Part shown: positions 6,802-15,015 of the stretch, piece by piece
Numbering within the stretch: position 1 is the stretch's first letter
Layout of the letters: the number at the start of each line of letters is the position of its first letter
Assembly (NCBI GenBank): GCA_038889075.1
Contig: JAWAHS010000004.1
Coordinates: forward strand, 60,130-78,733
Length of the DNA: 18,604 nt
Origin: Ignisphaera sp.
Lineage (GTDB): Archaea; Thermoproteota; Thermoprotei_A; Sulfolobales; Ignisphaeraceae
Reading direction: 5' to 3'
Made by a program: the position numbers and the translations under genes
The notes under the pieces: model-generated
Told to the model about the DNA's origin: nothing
The model's input: only the letters and a program-made list of their open reading frames with translations
Databases searched by the model: none

Positions 6802-9027
6802 CTATAGCTTTAGTATAACCTCTCTGCTGATATAGACTATTTCTTTATCGGGTTTCGATTCCTCAATACCTACTCCTCTACCTCTCTCTACAATTACTAC
6901 CTTAAATCTTATAGGCTCTATATCTAAAAGTCCCTTTTTTTCACCTATAATAATCTTGTTTTCCTTTTCAATCCACTTGATTGGTATTAATGCATAGAGG
7001 CCTTTTTCATATTCATAGCTTTCACCATCATCTATATAGAGCATGAATTCACCATCGCTACCGCTATATATCCTTAACTCAATTTCATTCAAATAATCAC
7101 TAGAGTTCTCAATTGAAATTGGGGCAAGAGGTAGTATAGCACCCGCTCTAACGTGTAACGGCATTCTATTCAATGGTGCATCAACCCTTATCCTCTTGCC
7201 TCCCACTATTCTATCGCCACCCCAAAAATCATACCATACACCATATGGCAGATACACCTCTCTTTCAAATGTTGATGGTGTTGTAATAGGCGACACCATT
7301 ATAAATGGACCAAGCATGTACTGGTCGTCTATGTTATAGACATTTTCATCATCTCTAAAGTCCATTACCAGTGGCCTCATAATTGTGTAGTCCTGTTCGT
7401 AGACCATCCAAGCCAGCGTGTATATATATGGTAGAAGTCTGTACCTCAGCTTAATGAATTTAACAAGAATATCCTCTACTTCTTTGCCGAATCTCCAAGG
7501 TTCCTTTGGATAGTATGTTCCATGAACTCTAAATATTGGGCAAAAAGCTCCCCACTGAAACCATCTAACAAATAGTTCTCTATATCCCTCTGTATCTGGG
7601 TTTCCACTAAAGAATCCACCTATATCAGTTGTCCAGTATGGTAAACCGGATAGGCTGTAATTAAGCCCTGCCCGTATCTGTGTTCTAAGTGTTGTCCAAT
7701 CGCCTGTTATATCACCACTCCAATTAACAACACCATGTCTTTGGATACCAGCAAATCCTGATCTTGTTAAAATCAATACCCTTTTATTTGATGTACGTCT
7801 CTGGCCTTTGTAAACAGCTTCTGTCTCCAATAGTGGATATACATTAAGGTATTTAACCATTCTTCTTCCACTGTCTATTTCAAGAGTTTTCTGCCATGTG
7901 GAGTATACTAGAAGAGGCCTTACTTCAGGTTCTGATGCATCAAGCCACCAACTGTCTACACCTATGCTATAGAAAGCCTCATTTATTTTACTCCAAAACC
8001 AGTCTCTACACTTCTCCTTAAAGACGTTTAAGAGTCCATAATCATCAGCACCGCCGCGCATTATACACCCTATTTTCTCAGCCTCTCTATATACATCAGT
8101 TTTCTTTTCAAATATAGGCCAAATTGATATAGCCAGTCTAATATTTAGCCTATGTATTTCTTCAACCATCTTCTTTGGATCGGGGTAGTACTTTTCATCA
8201 AATTTAAATGCATTCCATCCATAGTCTCCCCAGTACCTCCAGTCCTGTACAACTATATCGATTGGTATCCTCTTTTCCCTAAAGGTTTTAGCTATAGACA
8301 CCAGCTCCTCTTGAGAAGCGTACCTCTCCTTAGATTGCCAATATCCAAATGCATATCTGGGTAGCATAACAGCTTTTCCAGTTAGCCACCTATATCCAGC
8401 TATAACCCTATCTATATCAGGTCCATAGATAATATAGTAGCTTAGATAATCGCATGCCTCAAACCAAACTCTAAGAGAATTTCCCCTAGACTCTACAACA
8501 GACATTGAGTAGACATCCCATAGAATACCGTAGCCAGAGCTAGAAACTAGGAAGGGTACAGCAATATCAGTATTTCTCTGTACTAAATAGACAACACTAT
8601 CTCTATAGTTAAATGCTGTATGGGCGGAGTACCCAGCGTGTTGACCAAGGCCATACAGTGCAGAGTTGGACCCGATTTCAAACACCTGCTCAAAAGAGTA
8701 GAACTCATCGCCATATAGCCTCTGCCTACTAGCCCTTCTACCAACCTCTTTAATTAGGGATCCCCCAAACCTAAACTCTACAACATCACCCCTCACACAG
8801 ACACTAATCTCACTAGAGGAAGCCACAACCTCATCACCAATTCTACTAACCTTAACATCAACATGCCTAGGCTTTGCAACAATAACAAGACTATCGACCT
8901 GGTATGAAGACTGTGGAAGGTGGGTAACACGAACAATATTGTTATCGAAAAACTCTATAGCAATTTTCCCAACACCAAAAGGCATCTCAAAACCATTTTC
9001 AAGGATCTTCATGACATGCAGCACCAA
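6802..9027 (-). CDS. Glycoside hydrolase family 31, probably alpha-xylosidase (XylS-like)
   Basis: LYGLGQH, GYWQSKERY, nucleophile motif WWLDASEPE, acid/base motif WSGDI, YWTTDIGGF, ELFVRWFQWGAF.PIFRVHG, IMRPLVMDF, LYIDDGESYEY. Confidence 0.93.
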   Translation of the reverse strand: MVLHVMKILENGFEMPFGVGKIAIEFFDNNIVRVTHLPQSSYQVDSLVIVAKPRHVDVKVSRIGDEVVASSSEISVCVRGDVVEFRFGGSLIKEVGRRASRQRLYGDEFYSFEQVFEIGSNSALYGLGQHAGYSAHTAFNYRDSVVYLVQRNTDIAVPFLVSSSGYGILWDVYSMSVVESRGNSLRVWFEACDYLSYYIIYGPDIDRVIAGYRWLTGKAVMLPRYAFGYWQSKERYASQEELVSIAKTFREKRIPIDIVVQDWRYWGDYGWNAFKFDEKYYPDPKKMVEEIHRLNIRLAISIWPIFEKKTDVYREAEKIGCIMRGGADDYGLLNVFKEKCRDWFWSKINEAFYSIGVDSWWLDASEPEVRPLLVYSTWQKTLEIDSGRRMVKYLNVYPLLETEAVYKGQRRTSNKRVLILTRSGFAGIQRHGVVNWSGDITGDWTTLRTQIRAGLNYSLSGLPYWTTDIGGFFSGNPDTEGYRELFVRWFQWGAFCPIFRVHGTYYPKEPWRFGKEVEDILVKFIKLRYRLLPYIYTLAWMVYEQDYTIMRPLVMDFRDDENVYNIDDQYMLGPFIMVSPITTPSTFEREVYLPYGVWYDFWGGDRIVGGKRIRVDAPLNRMPLHVRAGAILPLAPISIENSSDYLNEIELRIYSGSDGEFMLYIDDGESYEYEKGLYALIPIKWIEKENKIIIGEKKGLLDIEPIRFKVVIVERGRGVGIEESKPDKEIVYISREVILKL

Positions 9028-9213
9028 CTACTAGATACACACCATTAAACCTACTAATATACTTTAACAGAAAATTGAATTAGGAGTTAAACTATGCACA
9101 CCAATGGTTAATGCGGCCATTACTGGATCTACAGATTTTGAGAATAATCCTGCTCCAGACTTCAGATAGGTAGAAGTTCTGGAGGTGATCTAGAGTCCCT
9201 CGTCTACAGATTT

Positions 9214-9259
9214 GATAAAAATATAATTAGATATATACAGAATATACTATCTGAGGTGG
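9214..9259 (+). promoter_or_regulatory. BRE/TATA-like promoter and SD for the 9267 gene
   Basis: gataaaaatataatt at 9214-9228; GAGGTGG at 9253-9259, upstream of TTG 9267. Confidence 0.45.
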
Positions 9260-9266
9260 AGTTTAG

Positions 9267-9635
9267 TTGGATATAACCAATATTTTAAAAGCTAAAGAGG
9301 GTATTGAAAAGGCTATGGGGGATGTTCTTAGAATCTTGGGTCTCTATAGACGCCTATGGCTATCAGAGATCTATATGGAGATAGAGGGTATGAATTCTAC
9401 ACTAAAAGAGAGTGTACCCAGCTATAATGATGTGAAGAATGCTGTTAGAGAGCTGGGCGATAGGGGATATGTGCAGGTGGAGAAGGGCTATAGAGGATCT
9501 CTACTGCATACTAATGGTGTTGAGGACTATCTTGTAACGCTTAACGAAAGTACTGAAGTAATTGATACGCTATATAGCGATAGAAAACTACTAGAGTATA
9601 CAAGAATAAAGCACAGCTTATTTGAAACAAAATAG
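9267..9635 (+). CDS. Hypothetical protein with probable winged helix-turn-helix fold
   Basis: Pattern DVLRIL...LWLSEIYMEI...SYNDVKNAVRELGDRGYVQVE (helix-helix-recognition helix-L..RGYV wing); good SD. Confidence 0.7.
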   Translation: MDITNILKAKEGIEKAMGDVLRILGLYRRLWLSEIYMEIEGMNSTLKESVPSYNDVKNAVRELGDRGYVQVEKGYRGSLLHTNGVEDYLVTLNESTEVIDTLYSDRKLLEYTRIKHSLFETK

Positions 9636-9650
9636 AAACGTATTCTAAGG

Positions 9651-9992
9651 GTGTCGGAAGGGAATCCAAAAACGCCACTGTACCTAGATCTATATGCTGA
9701 AGATAGTGATGAAAAGTTGAGCAGCATTACTATAGACAAGGAAATTGCTTCAGCACCTTTTCCAGGTATACTTGACCACAAGGAGGTGGTATTTGTATCA
9801 AAAGGTGATGGAATTCTAGTACTAGAAGGTTTCATTGATGGTCAATGGCTAACCTATAAAGAATACAAAATTGAAAGCCATAAACTCTACAATATAGTTA
9901 TTGATAATAGTAACCTACTGTATAGAATAGTATTTAGACCCTCTCTAGATACAAAGACAGGAATATTATCATCTAAAGTTATATTAAAGTAA
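9651..9992 (+). CDS. Hypothetical beta-strand-rich protein (113 aa), likely co-transcribed with the wHTH gene
   Basis: 15-nt gap after the upstream stop; GTG start; alternating hydrophobic strands EVVFVS, ILVLEG, YNIVID, YRIVFR, KVILK. Confidence 0.7.
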   Translation: MSEGNPKTPLYLDLYAEDSDEKLSSITIDKEIASAPFPGILDHKEVVFVSKGDGILVLEGFIDGQWLTYKEYKIESHKLYNIVIDNSNLLYRIVFRPSLDTKTGILSSKVILK

Positions 9993-10013
9993 AAAGGTAA
10001 ATATTGTCTTGCA

Positions 10014-10495
10014 TTATATGGAGGTATCCAAATCTATTGTAGAATAGAACCCGCCGATCTTTTTATCATTATATATGTATGCATTATTTAAGATACTTGT
10101 TAAGTATGCGACACTGTATGGGTGGAAACCAGACCAGGCAATAGCCATCGTCGTTATATGGTCTACATATAAGATGGCAAGCTTCATAAATGACCCATTC
10201 CTCCTTATATCTACAATAGCATTCCTTAGATTCCGATCTATGTGCATATGGGGTATGAAGCATCTATCTACACATCTGAGAGAAGGAAGAGGTATTTAAT
10301 CATCTCTACAGAGGGGTTTATAGCTACTGCTGTAATAACTAGCAGTATAAGTGTAGCCATCTGTGAAACAAGATTAACTCTACCTAAAATCTTGTCTTCT
10401 CGACATAGCTGTATGGAATACCTATAAATGCTGTAAGGGCGGGGTCTGTAATGCTTAATGAAAACGGTTTTTAAGCAAGGGCAGTAAATGCTCAT
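10014..10495 (-). pseudogene. Heavily decayed OppD/OppF-type ABC ATPase remnant
   Basis: Fragments in two frames, in the right order: ILGR..AVAINP..LLSD*IDAS, then IDRNLRNAIVDI..KLAILYVDH..MA, then HPYSVAYLTSI (oligo-HPY motif). Directly downstream of the binding-protein gene; no Walker A remains. Confidence 0.55.
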
Positions 10496-10529
10496 AATAA
10501 AAATTTAAAAATTTGTTGGATGAATGTGC

Positions 10530-12653
10530 TTATCTTCTTCTTATTATCAAATATCCTGTTGCTACCCCCAGTACGAATAGTACTGCTGATAATGCGACCA
10601 TAGTTACCCATTCGATTTCCCTTACTGTTATAGTTTCTTTGACCGTCGTTGTAATTGTTGTCGGAACCGCTGTTGTTATAGTTATTGTTGTGATCGTGGG
10701 AACTATTTGTGTTGGTTTTGGTATTTCTATTGGTAGTTTTGGTGGCGCTCCTGGCATTGTTGCCTCCTTAGTTGGGCACCTACCAGTTGGATGGATTCTT
10801 AGGACAATAAACAGCATTTGAGCCCACCAATACACCGGATCCATATAGTAGTTATCTGGATAGTATGGCCATCCATCCCAGCAGTATCTGTTGTTAGCAC
10901 TATAGAATGGTATGGGGAAGAATCCTGCCCATGGAAGTTGCTCCACCCATATCACAAGTATTCTTCTATACACCTCGTAAAGCTTTTCTGTCTCCCATGG
11001 CGGAATTCCTTCAGCTTTATTAAGTAGCTCATCTAGCTCCGCCTTTCTTGGAAATTGATAGTTAGCCCAGCCTGTCTCTGGATGTTCTGGGTCAAAGTAT
11101 TTGCTATTCCATGATTGTATATGAGGTAGGAGGTCGTCTAGAAGAGAGCACCCTGGATATCCCAGACCAAAATCAAAATCCCCTGCTGAGTATCTGGTCC
11201 AATAAGTTCCAGTATCAACTCCTTCAAGTACTATCTTTATACCAAATCTCTCTAGCTGATCAGCAACTACTGCAGCCATTTTTGGAAAACCGGGTTCCTC
11301 GACATTGTAGAACAATCTTATAGTCCAGATCTCTCCCGAAGGTTTTCTCCATAAACCATCAGACCCCCTATAGAATCCTACCTTCTTCAACAATTCTTCT
11401 GCCTCTGTAGGATCATGTTTCCACCAAGTTATTTCAGGATCTAACCCTAGCAGATGTAGCCATGATTTTATGTCATTCGGAGGACTTGGATCTAGACCTA
11501 GTTTAAGTAGCTCCTCTTTTAAAGGTTTAAAGAATAGAGGTTCAGCATGTATATATCTAACGATAGGCAAGGGTGTTGGTACAGGTGCAGAGCCATCGAT
11601 GCCTATAAATGCCTTCCATACCTCTCTATAATCTAGGCTAAATACCATAGCCCTCCTAACCTCAGTTAAATTAAATGGATAGCGAAGGACATTGAAGATT
11701 ATACCCTTTACACAGGCATCAAAAGGCCACGCATATGGTGCTTCTTTTTTCCATACACCGACATACTCTGGTATGTTCTTCCATACAACCTCGAAGTTCT
11801 CAGGTGAAAAGGAGATTGTTGTCTCAAGTTCGTGTTTTGCCATGGCTAGAGCGTCTTTCTCTTCCGTTCCATAGGAGATAACTAGAATATATTTTGGTGC
11901 GGGTTTCATGCCATATAGCTTGGTTCCCCACCAATTCTCGTATCTCTCCCATAAGAACCATAGTCCTCCCGGATCAACGGCCTTAAGGTTGTAAGGCCCT
12001 ATACATAGAGGTGGGTAGTTCTTAAATGTTAGTATATCTTTTCCCTCCCATATGTGCCTAGGTAATACTGGGGCTGAGTCGTAAATTATCACTGTTAAGA
12101 AGTAGTGGAATCTGGGATTCGCCTTCTTAAGCTCAACGATGACTGTATAGTCATTTTCTTTGTATACTTTATCAACCCATTCACTGAATGTAGGATAGTA
12201 TACAGTATTCATGTTTGTAGCATATAACTGTATTGTAAATACAACATCATCTGCTGTAAAGGATGTACCATCATTCCAGTATACACCTTTCCTTAAATGT
12301 ATTTTCATAATCTTGAAGTTGGATGAGTATTCTGGTGGCCCTGCAGCAAGCCAGCTAATAAGCTCAGAATTAGTACTATTTATATACCATAGAAATCCTT
12401 CGCAAAGTTGTTGATACCCGTTATCTCCGGTAGGAGGATGTCCGGGTACAAGACGATTGAAATGTGTAGGGTCGGGATTAGGACCATAGTATTCTTTACC
12501 CATTATAAGCACATCCCCTCTAGGTACCTCTGGAGGAATCGGTAGTTGCGCTTCTACAATTACAACTGAGATGACAATATTTTGTAAGATAAATAACAGC
12601 ATTAAACATATTGTTAAGCTATGTGGAACTAACTCCACTTTCGTCTTTCCCAT
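10530..12653 (-). CDS. Family-5 (Opp/Dpp-type) ABC substrate-binding protein, probably oligosaccharide-binding, with Pro/Thr-rich linker and C-terminal membrane anchor
   Basis: N-terminal hydrophobic signal; HLRKGVYWNDGTSFTADDVVFT; PPLCIGPY; PFNLTEVRRAM; tail PTITTITITTAVPTTITTT followed by a TM helix and RRR. Confidence 0.92.
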   Translation of the reverse strand: MGKTKVELVPHSLTICLMLLFILQNIVISVVIVEAQLPIPPEVPRGDVLIMGKEYYGPNPDPTHFNRLVPGHPPTGDNGYQQLCEGFLWYINSTNSELISWLAAGPPEYSSNFKIMKIHLRKGVYWNDGTSFTADDVVFTIQLYATNMNTVYYPTFSEWVDKVYKENDYTVIVELKKANPRFHYFLTVIIYDSAPVLPRHIWEGKDILTFKNYPPLCIGPYNLKAVDPGGLWFLWERYENWWGTKLYGMKPAPKYILVISYGTEEKDALAMAKHELETTISFSPENFEVVWKNIPEYVGVWKKEAPYAWPFDACVKGIIFNVLRYPFNLTEVRRAMVFSLDYREVWKAFIGIDGSAPVPTPLPIVRYIHAEPLFFKPLKEELLKLGLDPSPPNDIKSWLHLLGLDPEITWWKHDPTEAEELLKKVGFYRGSDGLWRKPSGEIWTIRLFYNVEEPGFPKMAAVVADQLERFGIKIVLEGVDTGTYWTRYSAGDFDFGLGYPGCSLLDDLLPHIQSWNSKYFDPEHPETGWANYQFPRKAELDELLNKAEGIPPWETEKLYEVYRRILVIWVEQLPWAGFFPIPFYSANNRYCWDGWPYYPDNYYMDPVYWWAQMLFIVLRIHPTGRCPTKEATMPGAPPKLPIEIPKPTQIVPTITTITITTAVPTTITTTVKETITVREIEWVTMVALSAVLFVLGVATGYLIIRRR

Positions 12654-12660
12654 ACCTTAA

Positions 12661-12700
12661 CCCCCATAATTTATAGATTCTAGAGGATTTAAACCTTTTT
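12661..12700 (-). promoter_or_regulatory. Internal BRE-TATA promoter and SD for the binding-protein gene
   Basis: Minus strand reads AAAAAGG-TTTAAAT (12700-12687), about 35 nt upstream of ATG 12653, with GGGGG at 12665-12661. Confidence 0.6.
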
Positions 12701-12794
12701 AAGAGAATCAGACAATAGTTAGAGGATAACTATTTGTATTATACCAGAGCTATACCTCCTTTACTGAAATGATATTGTGTACCTTAATTAAGAT

Positions 12795-13670
12795 TTACTT
12801 AGTAGATAGCTCTTGAATACCTGACGAGATTAAATATAATGAAGCAAACAACACTATAGTAGTTATTACAGGTGCCAATGTCCACCACCATATCCCTCTG
12901 TACAGGGCACCAAAGTATATTATCCAGTATACCATAACTCCTAATGTGTCTTCCCTTAATAATGACAGACCTAATATTGCTAAACCCATTTCGCTACCTA
13001 TAGCAAATAGTACGGTATTTATGAAATTTGCTACATGCCATCCGATAAGGTGGGGCATCATTTCCCCTACCACAATTTGTAAGACATTATTACCTGATAG
13101 TAATGATGTGAGTACGTATTCACGTTCTCTTAAACTTAGTACTACAGCCCTTACTTGCCTTGCTGGCCAAGCCCAAGAAGAGGGTATAACGAATAGAAGC
13201 CCAAGGAGAGGCAATGAGATATATTCTTTTGTGGCTATCACCACAACTATGTGAAGGGGAAGAGGTGGAATGGCTATAAATGCATCTGCTAAAAATGATA
13301 TTATTCTATCTGTAAGACCACCTTTTACTCCTGAGATCATACCAAGAAATAAACCTATATGTGAAGCAGCAAGGGCTGTAATAAATCCTATAATTAGGCT
13401 GTTTAGTATAGCTCTCATAAGGGAGTAGAGTACACTTCTTCCATTCGAGGACGTTCCAAGCCAATATGCAGGATCAGAACCCAATTGTGGTGGCATATCT
13501 TTGGGTAATGAATACCAGTTTCTATACCGGGGCGGTGTATATATAGAGATAAGACCTAGGGCAAGTAGCGACAATAATATAATTAGACCTACACAAAGCT
13601 TAAAATTCATTTTCACTTTATGAAGAACATATGAAATTTTTATAATGTATTCCCTTTGCATTATTATCAT
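12795..13670 (-). CDS. ABC transporter permease, OppC/DppC-type
   Basis: PP....YWLGTSSNGRSV, NSLIIG, GMISG.KGG..D, AIPPLP, WAWPARQVRA.VLSLREREYV, GIWWW.LAP. Confidence 0.92.
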   Translation of the reverse strand: MIIMQREYIIKISYVLHKVKMNFKLCVGLIILLSLLALGLISIYTPPRYRNWYSLPKDMPPQLGSDPAYWLGTSSNGRSVLYSLMRAILNSLIIGFITALAASHIGLFLGMISGVKGGLTDRIISFLADAFIAIPPLPLHIVVVIATKEYISLPLLGLLFVIPSSWAWPARQVRAVVLSLREREYVLTSLLSGNNVLQIVVGEMMPHLIGWHVANFINTVLFAIGSEMGLAILGLSLLREDTLGVMVYWIIYFGALYRGIWWWTLAPVITTIVLFASLYLISSGIQELSTK

Positions 13671-13685
13671 TTTAGAACCTCATCC

Positions 13686-14723
13686 TTATCTATGTCTTAT
13701 ACGAGGATCCAGAAGCGGATATATCAAATCCAATATCAATGTAGCTGTAGCTACCCCTATAATTGATAATGAAAGTATACCTAGAGCTGTAGAATAATCT
13801 CCTGATAGTATAGCTCTATATAGTAAATAACCCAAACCAGGGTATGCAAATATTACTTCAACTAATAGAGCACCGCAAAATATATTACCTAATGCCAATC
13901 CTAGAGCTGTAACTTGGGGCAATAAAACATTTTTCATAACATATCGTTTAAGAATATGACTGGGTTTTAAGCCTCGGATGACAGCATAATTGTAAAAGTC
14001 ATCTTTCATTATATTAAAACTTAATGCTCTTGAACTTAAAAACCACCATCCAAATGCACTTACAATTATTATTGATAATGCGGGTAATATACTACTTCTT
14101 ATTAACGCTATTAATGTATGAAGTGTAAATGTTGGAGAGACTACAGTAATGCCACCAACTAAAGGAAAGAGGGGTACTATGTAACAAAATGCATAGATCA
14201 AAATTAATGCGAATATATAGTATGGAATAGGATATAGAATTACAGCAATACTCTGAAGGACCTTTGACGCTACATTTTTAATCGATGTCGCTACGACACC
14301 ACAAATATTACCTAAAAGCCATGCACCAATCGTGGTTATGCCGAGAAGCCCTATCGTCCAGAAAAGGCGTGATATTACCAGCTCTTTAACCGGGGTAGGG
14401 AAGGCGAGTAGAGAAGGACCAAAATCTAAGGTGATGAAACGTTTTAAAAATGAAAAATATTGTTCTAGCGGAGATCCCTTTAATCCAAATAGCTCTAGCA
14501 ATTTTTCACGAAGCTCTATTAATGCCTGTGGATGTATATACTGACCTTTTGATCTATATGCAGCTAGCAGAACCTCAACAATATTTACAGGCATTAAACG
14601 TAAACAAATAAATATTATGGTGAATGATGCTATTATTGTAATTGTATATAGGAGTAGCCTAGAAATGATGTAAAGGGTTAGATGTTTATCTATATAACTT
14701 CGTAGCATATTCCAGACAGGCAT
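13686..14723 (-). CDS. ABC transporter permease, OppB/DppB-type
   Basis: FGLKGSPLEQY, LDFGPSL.AFPTPV, ILPALS, RYVMKNVLLPQVT, ALLVEVIFAYPGLG, LDLIYPLLDPRIR. Confidence 0.94.
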   Translation of the reverse strand: MPVWNMLRSYIDKHLTLYIISRLLLYTITIIASFTIIFICLRLMPVNIVEVLLAAYRSKGQYIHPQALIELREKLLELFGLKGSPLEQYFSFLKRFITLDFGPSLLAFPTPVKELVISRLFWTIGLLGITTIGAWLLGNICGVVATSIKNVASKVLQSIAVILYPIPYYIFALILIYAFCYIVPLFPLVGGITVVSPTFTLHTLIALIRSSILPALSIIIVSAFGWWFLSSRALSFNIMKDDFYNYAVIRGLKPSHILKRYVMKNVLLPQVTALGLALGNIFCGALLVEVIFAYPGLGYLLYRAILSGDYSTALGILSLSIIGVATATLILDLIYPLLDPRIRHR

Positions 14724-15015
14724 CCTAAACTACCTGCCTTAGGTACTATATTTTGTGAATTCGGAATAAAAATATACCTGGCCTACTTTTATAATGATGC
14801 TAGTTACATTGTCCTATGGTCTACTCTGATATAAATTCAACTCTATTCTAACTGTAACTATAAGGGTTGAAGAATTGAGAAAAGCTAATGTCAATGCTAG
14901 ACTTTAAAACTTCCAAAAAGAATACAAAGCATCATCAAATTGTGTAAAAACTTATAAATGCACATTATGTATTAGAATTTTCAAAAGTGAGTAGAAAGTT
15001 TTTGCGCTGATTGAT

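Noticed and set aside
6670-6803. Two small hairpins (6753-6772, 6782-6803) and a short minus-strand frame (AVNRVS) faintly like a serine recombinase motif
   Set aside because: The hairpins are AT-rich and may simply mark the GH31 3' end; the protein similarity is too weak to support.
10513-10821. Val/Ile-rich plus-strand ORF
   Set aside because: Antisense shadow of the Thr-rich linker codons of the binding protein.
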